A DNA stretch of 34,939 bases from Callorhinchus milii (GCF_018977255.1 NW_024705552.1:1-34939), one strand, 5' to 3'; counted from the stretch's first letter, positions 1-11,018 are shown. The notes: generated from the sequence alone by a model not told the origin. A program made the numbers and translations.

Positions 1-625
1 CCAGTCTGAACAGAACCTGACTCGTGGCAGCCACACTGACCCAGACCCGGCAGCGACTGACCTCGGCAGCTACACATTGCCGGTTACTAGCAAACCAGCC
101 GTGCAAACTGCTCCGACCCAGCCCTGGCAGCGACTGACCCGAGGCAACTGCACTGAGCCAGGCCTGAAAGACTCTAACCCTCAACAACTGCCCTCGACCG
201 ACCAGACACGCACCGACTCTACACACCTGCCCTGAACCAACTCGCACACAAACTGATGTTCCACAACCAGCCCCAATACAAACCGACTCTCAGCCATTCA
301 ACCCAAACAACCTACGCACAGGACACTGGCTCTGGGCAAATAAACCAACCTTCACACAAAGACTTTATAATACCCACCAAAAATCCATCTGATCTAGAAT
401 CAACTGTAATAGATGTTATCAAATCCTTACACACAACTTACAGTGTCTGACTTGAATCTGCTGCAATTCATACAATCTGTACCAATTAATTCTACCCTCA
501 ACCCAAACTATCACCTCACCATATTAACTCAGCAACATCTCCCCATCTTGTCCCTCTCAAACCCCAGTCTTTGCTACTAACAACTTCTAATCTCAACCTC
601 CAGTGTGAACCAGAGTTTGGCTCAC

Positions 626-670
626 ATGGTCAGACATCCAGCATGATGTCCACATAGTGTTGCCAAACCT
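626..670 (-). other. Candidate micro-exon C (44-45 nt), repeated in each unit
   Basis: Minus strand reads ctctttctctcttgcacctttccacactccag|AGGTTTGGCAACAC...GACCAT|gtgagc. The acceptor is good and the donor weaker; the donor is lost (atgag) in the two oldest copies. Confidence 0.35.
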
Positions 671-748
671 CTGGAGTGTGGAAAGGTGCAAGAGAGAAAG
701 AGTGTAATAGCTTTAGTTGCCAACATAGTTTTCCGCTATTACACTTAC

Positions 749-773
749 CTTATCTACCACGAATTCCAACTTG
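749..773 (-). other. Candidate micro-exon B (25 nt), repeated in each unit
   Basis: Minus strand reads cctctttctttccag|CAAGTTGGAATTCGTGGTAGATAAG|gtaagtgt, with a strong polypyrimidine acceptor and AAG|GTAAGT donor. The diverged copy near 9720-9739 still reads tttctctctctag|...GG|gtaagt. Confidence 0.5.
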
Positions 774-826
774 CTGGAAAGAAAGAGGATACAAATATAC
801 TAAGGTTTCCACAAAACCACACTTAC

Positions 827-866
827 CGTATAGTCCAAACGCACAACCAGCCCGATCCAAGCTCTG
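827..866 (-). other. Candidate micro-exon A (40 nt; 37 nt via NAGNAG acceptor), repeated in each unit
   Basis: Minus strand reads tttatttacag|CAGAGCTTGGATCGGGCTGGTTGTGCGTTTGGACTATACG|gtaagtgtg. The consensus donor (plus-strand cacttacc) is kept in units 1-7. No transcript evidence. Confidence 0.45.
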
Positions 867-1892
867 CTGTAAATAAATTGGTTGTGTTCCTACACTGAAC
901 CATTCCTGCCACTGACCAACTCGCATCAAATACACTGAACCAATCTCAACATGAACTACATCGATTACTACAGAGGATACTCTGACAAACCAACTCAGCA
1001 ACACAAAGGCAATTCCATCTCACAACACCTCAACTTCACTAAACACTGACCAACTCCCCTGAGCTTCACTGATCAAATCCACAGAAATTCATTCTCAACA
1101 ATTCTACTAATCCAACCTTGGCCCCACTCACTCAACTACACTGCGTAACTGCCCTGAACCTGCCCTGACACAAGCCAACTCTCAATCACCCTCTAAACTA
1201 AACCCAACTCTCAACATCTAGACTGACTGACCCTGACAAACCAAACTGTGAACCAATCTCAGCATAAACTGACTCAACAACTACACTAAACCAGTCTGAA
1301 CAGAACCTGACTCGTGGCAGCCACACTGACCCAGACCCGGCAGCGACTGACTCTCGGCAGCTACACATTGCCGGTTACTAGCAAACCAGCCGTGCAAACT
1401 GCTCCGACCCAGCCCTGGCAGCGACTGACCCGAGGCAACTGCACTGAGCCAGGCCTGAAAGACTCTAACCCTCAACAACTGCCCTCGACCGACCTCAGAC
1501 AGGCACCCACTCTACATCTGCCCTGAACCAACTCGCACACAAACTGATGTTCCATAACACAAACTGACTCTCAGCCATTCAACCCAACCAACCTCGACAG
1601 ACACTGGCTCTGGGCAAATAAACCAACCTTCACACAAAGACTCTATATTACCCAACACACAAACTCACTCTGATTAAACTCTTGTACTAGACGTCACCAA
1701 ATCTAATCTTACATCATCTAACTACAGTGTCCGACTTGAATCTCCACAATTCATACAATCTGTACCAATTAATTCTACCCTCAACCCAAACTATCACCTC
1801 ACCATATTAACTCAGCAACATCTCCCCATCTTTTCCCTCTCAAACCCCAGTCTTTGCTACCAACAACTTCTAATCTCAACCTCCAGTGTGAA

Positions 1893-1956
1893 CCAGAGTT
1901 TGGCTCACATGTCAAACATCCAACATGATGTCCACATAGTGTTACCAAACCTCTGG
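1893..1956 (-). ncRNA. Pre-miRNA-sized imperfect hairpin (copies at 610-674, 1893-1956, 3185-3248, 4472-4535, 5764-5827, 7044-7107; degenerate at 8348-8421)
   Basis: Hand-folded minus strand CCAGAGGTTTGGTAACACTATGTGGACATC-ATGTTG-GATGTTTGACATGTGAGCCAAACTCTGG gives about 26 paired positions with small bulges and a 6-nt loop. The structure is visible in the sequence; function is unproven. Confidence 0.25.
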
Positions 1957-4900
1957 AGTGTGGAAAGGTGCAAGAGAGAAAGAGTGTAATAGCTTTAGTT
2001 GCCAACATAGTTTTCTGCTATTACACTTACCTTATCTACCATGAATTCCAACTTGCTGGAAAGAAAGAGGATACAAATATACTAACCTTTCCACAAAACC
2101 ACACTTACCGTATAGTCCAAATGCACAACCAGCCCGATCCATGCTCTGCTGTAAATAAATTGGTTGTGTTCCTACACTGAACCATTCCTGACACTGACCA
2201 ACACCCATCAAATTCACTTAAACAATCTCAACATTAACTACATCAATAACTACAGAGGATTCTCTGACAAACCAACTAAACAACACAAAGGCAATTCCAT
2301 CTCACAACACCTCAACTTCACTAAACACTGACTAACTCCCCTGAGCTTCACTGATCAAATCCATTCTCAACAACTTCACTGAGGCCCTGACTCAGACAGA
2401 TTCTAGTAGCTGACCCTGGCCCCATTCATTGAACTGTAACTGCACTGAACCTGCCCTGACACAAGCCAACTCTCAATCACCCTCTTGACTAAACCCAACT
2501 CTCAACATCTAGACTGACTGACCCTGACAAACCGAACTGTGAACCAATCTCAGCATAAACTGACTCAACAATTACACTAAACCAGTCTGAACAGAACCTG
2601 ACACGTGGCAGCCACACTGACCCAGACCCGGCAGCGACTGACCCTCGGCAGCTACACATTGCCGGTTACTAGCAAACCAGCCGTGCAAACTGCTCCGACC
2701 CAGCCCTGGCAGCGACTGACCCGAGGCAACTGCACTGAGCCAGGCCTGAAAGACTCTAACCCTCAACAACTGCCCTCGACCGACCTCAGACTGGCACCGA
2801 CTCTACACACCTGCCCTGAACCAACTCGCACACAAACTGATGTTGCACAACCAGCCCCAACACAAACCGACTCTCAGCCACTCACCCCAACCAATCTCGA
2901 CACACACTGGCTCTGGGCAAATAAACCAACCTTCACACAGCGACTATATTACCCAACACACAAACTCACTCTGATCAAACTCTTGTTTTCAAATCTAATC
3001 TTACACCATCTAACTACAGTGTCTGACTTGAATCTCTACAATTCATACAATCTGAACCAATTAATTCTACCCTCAACCCAAACTATCACCTCACCATATT
3101 AACTCAGCAACATCTCCCAACCTTGCCCCTCTCAAACCCCAATCTTTGCTACCAACAACTTCTAATCTCAACCTCCAGTGTGAACCAGAGTTTGGCTCAC
3201 ATGTCAAACATCCAACATGATGTCCACATAGTGTTACCAAACCTCTGGAGTGTGGAAAGGTGCAAGAGAGAAAGAGTGTAATAGCTTTAGTTGCCAACAT
3301 AGTTTTCTGCTATTACACTTACCTTATCTACCATGAATTCCAACTTGCTGGAAAGAAAGAGGATACAAATGTACTAACCTTTCCACAAAACCACACTTAC
3401 CGTATTGTCCAAATGCACAACCAGCCCGATCCAAGCTCTGCTGTAAATAAATTGGTTGTGTTCCTACACTGAACCATTCCTGACACTGACCAACACCCAT
3501 CAAATTCACTTAAACAACCTCAACATTAACTACATCAATAACTACAGAGGATTCTCTGACAAACCAACTAAACAACACAAAGGCAATTCCATCTCACAAC
3601 ACCTCAACTTCACTAAACACTGACCAACTCCCCTGAGCTTCACTGATCAAATCCACAGAAATCCATTCTCAACAATTCTACTAATCCAACCTTGGCCCCA
3701 CTCACTCAACTACACTGCGTAACTGCCCTGAACCTGCCCTGACACAAGCCAACTCTCAATCACCCTCTCAACTAAACCCAACTCTCAACATCTAGACTGA
3801 CTGACCCTGACAAACCGAACTGTGAACCAATCTCAGCATAAACTGACTCAACAACTACACTAAACCAGTCTGAACAGAACCTGACTCGTGGCAGCCACAC
3901 TGACCCAGACCCGGCAGCGACTGACTCTCGGCAGCTACACATTGCCGGTTACTAGCAAACCAGCCGTGCAAACTGCTCCGACCCAGCCCTGGCAGCGACT
4001 GACCCGAGGCAACTGCACTGAGCCAGGCCTGAAAGACTCTAACCCTCAACAACTGCCCTCGACCGACCTCAGACAGGCACCCACTCTTCACACCTGCCCT
4101 GAACCAACTCGCACACAAACTGATGCTCCACAACCAGCCCCAATACAAACCAACTCTCAGCCATTCAACCCAACCAACCTCGACAGACACTGGCTCTGGG
4201 CAAATAAACCAACCTTCACACAAAGACTTTATTATCCACACACAAACATCTACTCTGATCAAACTCTTGTAATAGATGTTATCAAACCTTACACCACCCA
4301 ACTACAGTTTCTGACTTGATTCTCTGCGATTCATACAACTGTACCAATTAATTCTATCCTCAACCCAAACTATCACCTCACCATATTAACTCAGCAACAT
4401 CTCCCCATCTTGTCCCTCTCAAACCCCAGTCTTTGCTACCAACAACTTCTAATCTCAACCTCCAGTGTGAACCAGAGTTTGGCTCACATGTCAAACATCC
4501 AACATGATGTCCACATAGTGTTACCAAACCTCTGGAGTGTGGAAAGGTGCAAGAGAGAAAGAGTGTAATAGCTTTAGTTGCCAACATAGTTTTCTGCTAT
4601 TACACTTACCTTATCTACCATGAATTCCAACTTGCTGGAAAGAAAGAGGATACAAATATACTAACCTTTCCACAAAACCACACTTACCGTATTGTCCAAA
4701 TGCACAACCAGCCCGATCCATGCTCTGCTGTAAATAAATTGGTTGTGTTCCTACACTGAACCATTCCTGACACTGACCAACTCCCATCAAATTCACTTAA
4801 CCAATCTCAACATTAACTACATCAATAACTACAGAGGATTCTCTGACAAACCAACTAAACAACATAAAGGCAATTCCATCTCACAACACCTCAACTTCAC

Positions 4901-7900
4901 TAAACACTGACTAACTCCCCTGAGCTTCACTGATCAAATCCATTCTCAACAACTTCACTGAGGCCCTGACTCAGACAGATTCTAGTAGCTGACCCTGGCC
5001 CCATTCATTGAACTGTAACTGCACTGAACCTGCCCTGACACAAGCCAACTCTCAAACACCCTCTTGACTAAACCCAACTCTCAACATCTAGACTGACTGA
5101 CCCTGACATACCGAACTGTGAACCAATCTCAGCATAAACTGACTCAACAATTACACTAAACCAGTCTGAACAGAACCTGACACGTGGCAGCCACACTGAC
5201 CCAGACCCGGCAGCGACTGACCCTCGGCAGCTACACATTGCCGGTTACTAGCAAACCAGCCGTGCAAACTGCTCCGACCCAGCCCTGGCAGCGACTGACC
5301 CGAGGCAACTGCACTGAGCCAGGCCTGAAAGACTCTAACCCTCAACAACTGCCCTCGACCGACCTCAGACTGGCACCGACTCTACACAACTGCCCTGAAC
5401 CAACTCGCACACAAACTGATGTTCTGCAACCAGCCCCAACACAAACCGACTCTCAGCCACTCACCCCAACCAATCTCGACACACACTGGCTCTGGGCAAA
5501 TAAACCAACCTTCACACAGCGACTATATTACCCAACACACAAACTCACTCTGATCAAACTCTTGTTATCAAATCTAATCTTACACCATCTAACTACAGTG
5601 TCTGACTTGAATCTCTACAATTCATACAATCTGAACCAATTAATTCTACCCTCAACCCAAACTATCACCTCACCATATTAACTCAGCAACATCTCCCAAC
5701 CTTGTCCCTCTCAAACCCCAGTCTTTGCTACCAACAACTTCTAATCTCAACCTCCAGTGTGAACCAGAGTTTGGCTCACATGTCAAACATCCAGCATGAT
5801 GTCCACATAGTGTTACCAAACCTCTGGAGTGTGGAAAGGTGCAAGAGAGAAAGAGTGTAATAGCTTTAGTTGCCAACATAGTTTCGGCTGTTACACTTAC
5901 CTGATCTACCACGAATTCCAACTTGCTGGGAAGAAAGAGGATACAAATATACTAACCTTTCCACAAAACCACACTTACCGTATTGTCCAAATGCACAACC
6001 AGCCCGATCCAAGCTCTGCTGTAAAATAAATTGGTTGTGTTCCTACACTGAACCATTCCTGACACTGACCAACACCCATCAAATTCACTTTAAACAACCT
6101 CAACATTAACTACATCAACAACAACAGAGGATTCTCTGACAAACCAACTAAACAACACAAAGGCAATTCCATCTCACAACACCTCAACTTCACTAAACAC
6201 TGACCAACTCCCCTGAGCTTCACTGATCAAATCCACAGAAATCCATTCTCAAGAATTCTACTAATCCAACCTTGGCCCCACTCACTCAACTACGCTGAAC
6301 CTGCCCTGACACAAGCCAACTCTCAATCACCCTCTCCACTAAACCCAACTCTCAACACCAAGTCTGACTGACCCTGACAAACCGAACTGTGAACCAATCT
6401 CAGCATAAACTGACTCAACAACTACACTAAACCAGTCTGAACAGAACCTGACTCGTGGCAGCCACACTGACCCAGACCCGGCAGCGACTGACTCTCGGCA
6501 GCTACACATTGCCGATTACTAGCAAACCAGCCGTGCAAACTGCTCCGACCCAGCCCTGGCAGCGACTGACCCGAGGCAACTGCACTGAGCCAGGCCTGAA
6601 AGACTAACCCTCAACAACTGCCCTCGACTGACCTCAGACACGCGCCAACTCTACACACCTGCCCTGAACCAACTCGCACACAAACTGATGCTCCACAACC
6701 AGCCCCAATACAAACCAACTCTCAGCCATTCAACCCAACTAACCACGACAGACACTGGCTCTGGGCAAATAAACCAACCTTCATACAAAGACTTTATTAT
6801 GCCACACACAAATTCCATCTGATCTCAGATCAAACTCTTGTAATAGATGTTATCAAACCTTACACCACCCAACTACAGTTTCTGACTTAATTCTCTGCAA
6901 TTCATACAACCTGTACGAATTAATTCTATCCTCAACCCAAACTATCACCTCACCATTTTCACTCAGCAACATCTCCCCATCTTGTCCCTCTCAAACCCCA
7001 GTCTTTGCTACTAACAACTTCTAATCTCAACCTCCAGTGTGAACCAGAGTTGGGCTCACAAGTCAAACATCCACCATGATGTCCACATAGTGTTACCAAA
7101 CCTCTGGAGTGTGGAAAGGTGCAAGAGAGAAAGAGTGTAATAGCTTTAGTTGCCAACATAGTTTTCCGCTGTTACACTTACCTGATCTACAACGAATTCC
7201 AACTTGCTGGAAAGGATAGAAATATACTAAGGTTTCCACAAAACCACACTTACCATATAGTCCAAATGCACAACCAGCCCGATCCAAGCTCTGCTGTAAA
7301 TACATTGGTTGTGTTCCTACACTGAACCATTCCTGACACTGACCAACTCCCATCAAATACACTGAACCAATCTCAACATGAACTACAGAGGATTCTCTAA
7401 CAAACAAACTCAGCAACACAAAGGCAATCCCGTCTCACAACACCTCAGCTTCACTAAACCAGCTCTGACACTGACCAACTTCCCTGAGCTTCACTGATCA
7501 AAGCTACAGAAATCCATTCTCAAGAATATTACTAATCCAAACTTCGCCCCACTCACTCAACTGCACTGAACCTGCCCTGACACAAGCCAACTCTCAAACA
7601 CCCTCTCAACTAAACCCAACTCTCAACTACACTAAGGAAACACTGATAGAAGCCAACTCAACAACTGGACTCACTCACCCCGACAAACCAAACTGTGAAC
7701 CAATCTCAGCATAAACTGACTCAACAACTACACTAAACCAGTCTGAACAGAACCTAACTCGTGGCAGCCACACTGACCCAGACCCGGCAGCGACTGACTC
7801 TCGGCAGCTACACATTGCCAATTACTAGCAAACCAGCCGTGCAAACTGCTCCGACCCAGCCCTGGCAGCGACTGACCCGAGGCAACTGCACTGAGCCAGG

Positions 7901-8804
7901 CCTGAAAGACTAACCCTCAACAACTGCCCTCGACCGACCTCAGACAGGCACCGACTCTACACACCTGCCCTGAACCAACTCGCACACAAACTGATGTTCC
8001 GCAACCAGCCCCAACACAAACCGACTCTCAGCCACTCACCCCAACCAATCTCGACGGACACCCACTCTGTGCTAATAAACCAACCTTCACACAGCGACTC
8101 TATATTACCCGACACACAAACTCACTCTGATCAAACTCTTGTACTAGATGTTATCAAATCTAATCTTACACCATCTAACTACAGTGTCTGACTTCAATCT
8201 CTGCCATTCATACAATCTGTACCAATTAATTCTATCCACAATCCAAAATGTCACCTCACCACATTAACTCAGCAACATCTCCCCATCTTGTCCCTCTCAA
8301 ACCTCAGTCTGTTACTAACAACTTCTAATCTCAACCTCTAGTGTGAACCAGAGTTTGGCTCATATGTGTTCAGATGTCAGACATCCTGCATGAAGTCCAC
8401 ATAGTGTTGCCAAACCTCTGGAGTGTGGAAAGTTGCAAGAAAGAAAGATATACAACCTTTGCCATCATCACTGGGTTGGTTCGCACAGATACAGACTTAA
8501 CTTATCCTCCACGAGTCCCAAGGAGCTAGAGAGAGAGAGAAACAGGGCATGAGCTTCAGTCGTCCCCCTAAGGTTTCCAGGAATCTTCACTTACCATGTA
8601 GTCCAACGTAGTGCAACACATCCAAATCAGACACTGCTCTAAACTAATAGGCTGTTTACCTATATTGAATCAGCCCCAACACAAACCAACTCTACACTGA
8701 ACCAATTTCAGGATAAAAAGCATCAACAACAAATGATCCTCTGACATACACTAACTCTCTACAACTGCCCTGAACCAACCTTGACAGACACCGACTCCAC
8801 GCCT

Positions 8805-9160
8805 TGTCATGGTATCTTATTGCTTGCTGAGAATTACATGCTGTTTAAGTGCACTCTTGAAGGAGACATCCCTCTCTTCACAATTTTGCAGGTTGTGAGG
8901 CAGTAACCAATAGAGTAACCTTACCCCAGACTTAAATCTCTTACAAGTTCCTGAAATTCAGAGTTTGTATAATTAGTAATGTTAGAGTCAAGTGTCAGTG
9001 AAAACTCCAAACCTCAAGAACTCTGGTTCATCTCCACCTCCTCCCTTTTATACCTCAAACGTGCCAAAACACTTTTACCCAATCAACCCTGAGCACCTGG
9101 GACCCCTTTCTGTGATCCCAAACATTCACCTTATTTTGATTAGCCCTTTACTACCTCACA
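8805..9160 (-). mobile_element. Probable solo LTR (~356 bp) inserted in the edge unit of the array
   Basis: Non-array sequence with TG...CA ends (minus TGTGAGG...ATGACA), flanked by gcct (8801-8804) and acct (9161-9164) as a near-perfect 4-bp TSD. The joined flanks match the unit sequence gactctacac-acct-gccctgaacc. Minus-strand TATAAAA at 9046-9052, CCAAT box at 9079-9083, AATAAG at 8817-8822. Confidence 0.6.
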
Positions 9161-9815
9161 ACCTGCACTGAACCAACTTGGACACAAACTGATGATTGAC
9201 AAGTGCTCCAAACCACCTGTCGCATAAACTGACGCTCAACCAGTAAACTGAACCTACCCGGACAGACACTGGCTCTGGGCAAACAAAACCAACCTTCACA
9301 CAGCTATTCGAGATTACCCAAAACCAAGCAAATTCACTGTAATCCAAAGATTATAACAGATACCATCAAATCTGATTTTACACCATCTAACAAAAGTGTG
9401 TAACTTCAATCTCTGATATTCCTATAATCTGTGTAGATGAATTAAACCCTTGACCCAAACTGTGAGCTTAACACATTAATCCAGCAAGATCTCCTCCATC
9501 CTGTCCCTCTCAAACCCCAGTCTCTTTTATTAACGACTTCTAATCTCAACCTCCAGTGCGAACCAGAGTTAAGACTCATATGTTTGGATGTCAGACATCC
9601 TGCATGAAGTCCACACAGTGTTGCCAAACCTCTGGAGTGTGGAATGGTGCAGGAAAGAACGATATACAACCTTTGCCGTCATTACAGGGTTCCCACTAGT
9701 ACAGACTTAACTTACTTACCCTCCTTGAATCCCAAGGTGCTAGAGAGAGAAACAGGGCAATGGTTTCAGTCGACAGTTTTTGGTTCTCATTAGTACAGAC
9801 TTGGCTTCCGGTGAC

Positions 9816-10126
9816 AATTATAATAACCTTGCATTTGATATAGCGCTTATCATGTCTGACGTCTCAAAGCACTTCACAGAATGGACCATAAAGCAAATCA
9901 ACTATTTATTTGTGGGTGAAACGCAGCAGCCAATTGCGCATAGCAGCGTCCCACAAACAGTCATGGATAGAAAATGACCAATTTATTATTGTTTTGTTTT
10001 TTGGAGAGATTATTATTAGGCTTGTGGAGTAAGGAAACTTATCCAAGATTTCACTCTGCCTGGAATTGAACCCAGGTGTCTCACTTGCAAGGCGAGCGCT
10101 CTAACCACTGAACTACAGGATTCCAC
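9816..10126 (-). mobile_element. tRNA-derived SINE, full length, diverged copy
   Basis: Minus head gtggaatcctgtagttcagtggttagagcgctcgccttgcaagtgaga...gggttcaattccagg has A and B boxes. Body and tail align to the copy at 17705-18029; short (att) tail. Confidence 0.92.
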
Positions 10127-10519
10127 CGAGCAACTGAGCTCAGCCCATTAATCACTTACATCTCCCACGGTTTTCAGCTGCATCTCATCTCCAAACGATT
10201 CCTAGTTGGACATCTTTGACCAAAATCTAGATGATGATTTAAAGACTAACACTGCAAAATAGTAATTCTACATAACGATTCTGTCATCGCCATCTCTGAG
10301 ATGAGTTACACAATAAAAAGAAAAGCCAGACTGTTTGAGAGTTGTTTACAATCTCCATTAAATAGATGGATGGCAACAAGGTCTTTAAAGTTCAAAGGTT
10401 AGAAAACAAAAAGTGATAAATAACTGAGTTTCTCCAGAAAGATAAACAGCTTAAGAAAATAAACAAAAAAGCAAACAAAAACACCATTGGGCATATGGGC
10501 AAGTGAGGAGAGTTACTCC

Positions 10520-10797
10520 AATAAGTTCAAATTCAGCTTTAAGGGTGTAATGTAGTAGCCATTACAGAGACCTGACTACAAGCCAGAAATTACTGGAAGC
10601 TAAATATTCCAGGCTGTAAGATCTTCAGAAAGGATAAGGAAATTGGAAAAGTAGGAAGAGCAATATGGATAATACACAAGTATACTAGCAGATATAAAGG
10701 ACTTTAACAAAGGTGATCAGGCTGTGGGAACACTATGGGTAGAATTAAGGAACAGCAAAGGAGGGAAGACTCTGGTGGGAGTTGTCAACAGACTCCA
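10520..10797 (+). mobile_element. Decayed CR1-type LINE ORF2 fragment (APE endonuclease region)
   Basis: Manual translation gives ...GCNVVAITET*LQARNYWKLNIPGCKIFRKDKEIGKVGRA... and ...TLWVELRNSKGGKTLVGVVNRL. These match the CR1 endonuclease motifs (D)VVAITETWL, IPGY..FRKDR, WVELRN and GVVYRPP, with in-frame stops. Confidence 0.88.
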
Positions 10798-11018
10798 GAG
10801 AGAAACAAAACTGCAATTGTTTTGAGACAAATTACACAATAAAAGGAGAAGCTAAACTGGCCAAGAGTTGCTTACAATTTACATGGAGAGCAGGTGGACA
10901 GTGTTAATGTCTCTGAAGCTCACAGGGCTGACGAGACCCAAGGTTTGGACAACTTCCCTTCACAATCATTACTGACAATTTACAGCCCACCAGAAAGTTC
11001 CCACAAATACAGACTTAC

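Larger units (their letters stand above)
1..9775. repeat. Tandem array of ~1.27-1.31 kb units (7 copies plus a diverged, shorter edge copy); continues beyond the left edge of the window
   Basis: The anchor ccagtctgaacagaacct recurs at 1, 1291, 2582, 3865, 5161, 6432 and 7738 (spacings 1290, 1291, 1283, 1296, 1271, 1306). Near-identical ORFs recur at the same spacing in the track. Similarity decays after ~8300 but is still alignable to ~9775. Confidence 0.97.

Noticed and set aside
660..667. Minus-strand TTTGGCAA matching the first 8 nt of miR-182
   Set aside because: No similarity beyond 8 nt, and it is changed to TTTGGTAA in units 2-6. Consistent with chance.
650..820. Recombination signal sequences or J segments (cacatagtg, acaaaacc, donor after short segment)
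   Set aside because: Heptamer and nonamer are imperfect and not at 12/23 spacing, and there is no FGXG/WGXG motif before the donors.
686..898. 70-aa MQERKSV... plus-strand ORF repeated in units 1-4 and 6
   Set aside because: Non-ATG start, frameshifted in unit 5, and no recognisable family. Its recurrence follows from DNA repetition.
2605..3102. 165-aa T/P/Q-rich mucin-like plus-strand ORF repeated in the array
   Set aside because: GTG start with a stop two codons upstream, variable length among copies, and frameshifted in units 1, 6 and 7. It reflects the ~39-bp sub-repeat.
9598..9660. Plus-strand hairpin tcctgca..tccacac..gtgtgga..tgcagga followed by an ANANNA-like hinge (H/ACA snoRNA or SECIS idea)
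   Set aside because: The lower stem is poorly kept in young units, there is no properly placed ACA box after a second hairpin, and no SECIS GA quartet partner.
1..9775. Hammerhead-ribozyme (retrozyme-type) tandem repeat
   Set aside because: No recurring CTGANGA...GAAA core found by eye on either strand of the unit. A covariance-model scan would be needed to exclude other ribozymes.
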